DNA of 63,719 bases, filler included, from Reticulomyxa filosa (taxonomy: Eukaryota; Protista; Foraminifera), in the NCBI GenBank assembly GCA_000512085.1. It is 11 parts of 11 records of this genome, joined end to end, with 100 filler letters (N's around TTAATTAATTAA, not from the genome) between each part and the next. Parts side by side here need not be neighbours in the genome. Positions count along the whole stretch, not along the records: positions 62,720 to 63,719 come from ASPP01049526.1; 10 more parts are not named here. One strand, given 5' to 3'. Shown here in pieces: positions 62,720-63,719 of this stretch. The notes below the pieces were generated by a model. That model made no database searches. It was not told the DNA's origin and worked only from the letters and a program-made list of their open reading frames with translations. Position numbers and translations under genes: made by a program. The number at the start of each line of letters is the position of its first letter. Positions within the stretch are counted from its first letter, which is position 1.

Positions 62720-63706
62720 GTCACGACAAAAATTTTGAAGCGATAGGCGGTCATAAGTGATTTGGTCCAAGGCAATGACTGGATCGTTCATAATAGTCTT
62801 GCTCAATGGACAGAGAAATTCTGTTGGAATTGTAGGATCTGGTTCTCGTTTTTGTTGTTGACCATTGGGGATGGGATATTTGGCCGCAATTTTGTGGATG
62901 TTGTCAAAAATCAAAGAAGCCTTGGCAAAAGATTGAATTTGAAAAATGTTCTTGCTCGTAATTTACCGATACGTCGTCCATTTTGTTCATACATACAATC
63001 ACCTCATTCACTCCAAATGCATGCAATAACAATGCATGTGCTCTTGCTTGTCCTGCTAATTTGCTTTATTTGCATTTGTCATGTATTTATACACATATAT
63101 ATAACTTCTGTGTGTATACGTGCGTGTATACGTACTTTTGATTGTTTTATATATGTATACATATATAGAAATGTACCCAATTTTGTGGTCTCCATTGGCA
63201 AAGTATGCCTCAAATGCATCTTTATTTGCTGGGACAATCAACAATGCTACATTTGCTTGAAACATTCCACGAATTACATGTTTCATTAACGTTCTTTAAT
63301 ATTATGTATACATATATGTACGTATACGAACATTCTACACACACATGTTACGTGTACATATTACTTGGCACATCTTTTTGAAAATTGGGTGTTCAACAAT
63401 TATTATTTTTTATTATTGAGTATATATATGTGTATATATGTTTTGTTTTGTTAAGAAACCTGTGCCCTGGGGTATCAATCACGGTATAGTGATGAGTTGA
63501 TGTTAGCAGCTGCATGCAATTTGCAGAAACGGTCATCCCTCGTTTTCTTGCTTCACTCGATCGATCCATTGCTAATGCATACATTCTTCCTGGGTTTGCC
63601 AATGACTGTGCCTCTCTCTTCAGATTTTCCATTTCTCTATACGATAATAAACCCATTTCTTGTTGCAGACGCCCACATAAGGTTGACTTGCCACTACCCT
63701 GATCCC
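62720..63706 (-). CDS. Divergent EFL (EF-1alpha-like) translational GTPase G domain followed by a U-box; partial at both ends
   Basis: GDQGSGKSTLCGRL..EMG...REMENLKREA, RGMTV, HYTVIDTPGHR|TLMKHVIRG...VALLIVPA...GDHKIG|KLAGQARAHA...IVCMNKMD...YEQEHF. After a homopolymer slip (62942-62946) comes IPTEFLCPLSKTIMNDPVIALDQITYDR. Confidence 0.8.
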
Positions 63707-63719
63707 CTTTATTTTTTTC

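Noticed and set aside
62951-62966. 16-nt GT...AG micro-intron (minus strand) that would also put the U-box in frame
   Set aside because: It would delete the conserved VNYEQ helix start of the G domain, and the other validated introns are over 60 nt. A homopolymer error is more parsimonious, though cDNA is needed to decide.
60977-63719. Functional cluster of bacterial ribosome genes with the EFL-U-box gene
   Set aside because: They are on separate contigs from different organisms.

Overview
This window is not one locus. It is 11 assembly contigs joined by an artificial 100-nt spacer (N44-TTAATTAATTAA-N44). Ten contigs are very AT-rich eukaryotic DNA with many short GT-AG introns. The EFL-type elongation factor and the style of the Kelch, WD40 and CAP-Gly genes suggest a foraminiferan, most like Reticulomyxa filosa (inference from recalled family features, not a search). 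One contig (60977-62619) is GC-rich bacterial DNA carrying phoH-ybeY-corC, probably betaproteobacterial. Recognisable eukaryotic genes: G-alpha, ACAD8-like acyl-CoA dehydrogenase, SHPRH-like SNF2/RING helicase, RalGAP-alpha, SmE (absent from the ORF track), Wee1/Myt1 kinase, EEF1AKMT4-like methyltransferase, ERCC8/CSA, PIP5K, DDX24 and a peroxisomal crotonase. There are also Kelch, WD40, SPRY, LRR, CAP-Gly and PPR family members and a decayed non-LTR retrotransposon. Three observations stand out. (1) A divergent EFL/EF-1alpha-like GTPase has a U-box E3-ligase domain directly after its G4 motif. (2) A short helical motif (hhxxWxR...xDhxxhhxx[FY]) recurs at the termini of four genes, three of which carry Kelch or SPRY-like domains, and may be a lineage-specific ubiquitin-ligase adaptor box. 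(3) Several introns contain perfect palindromes or inverted microsatellites alongside weak splice signals. Several frameshifts fall in homopolymer runs and are probably sequencing errors. All family calls come from motif recognition by eye; no database search was run.
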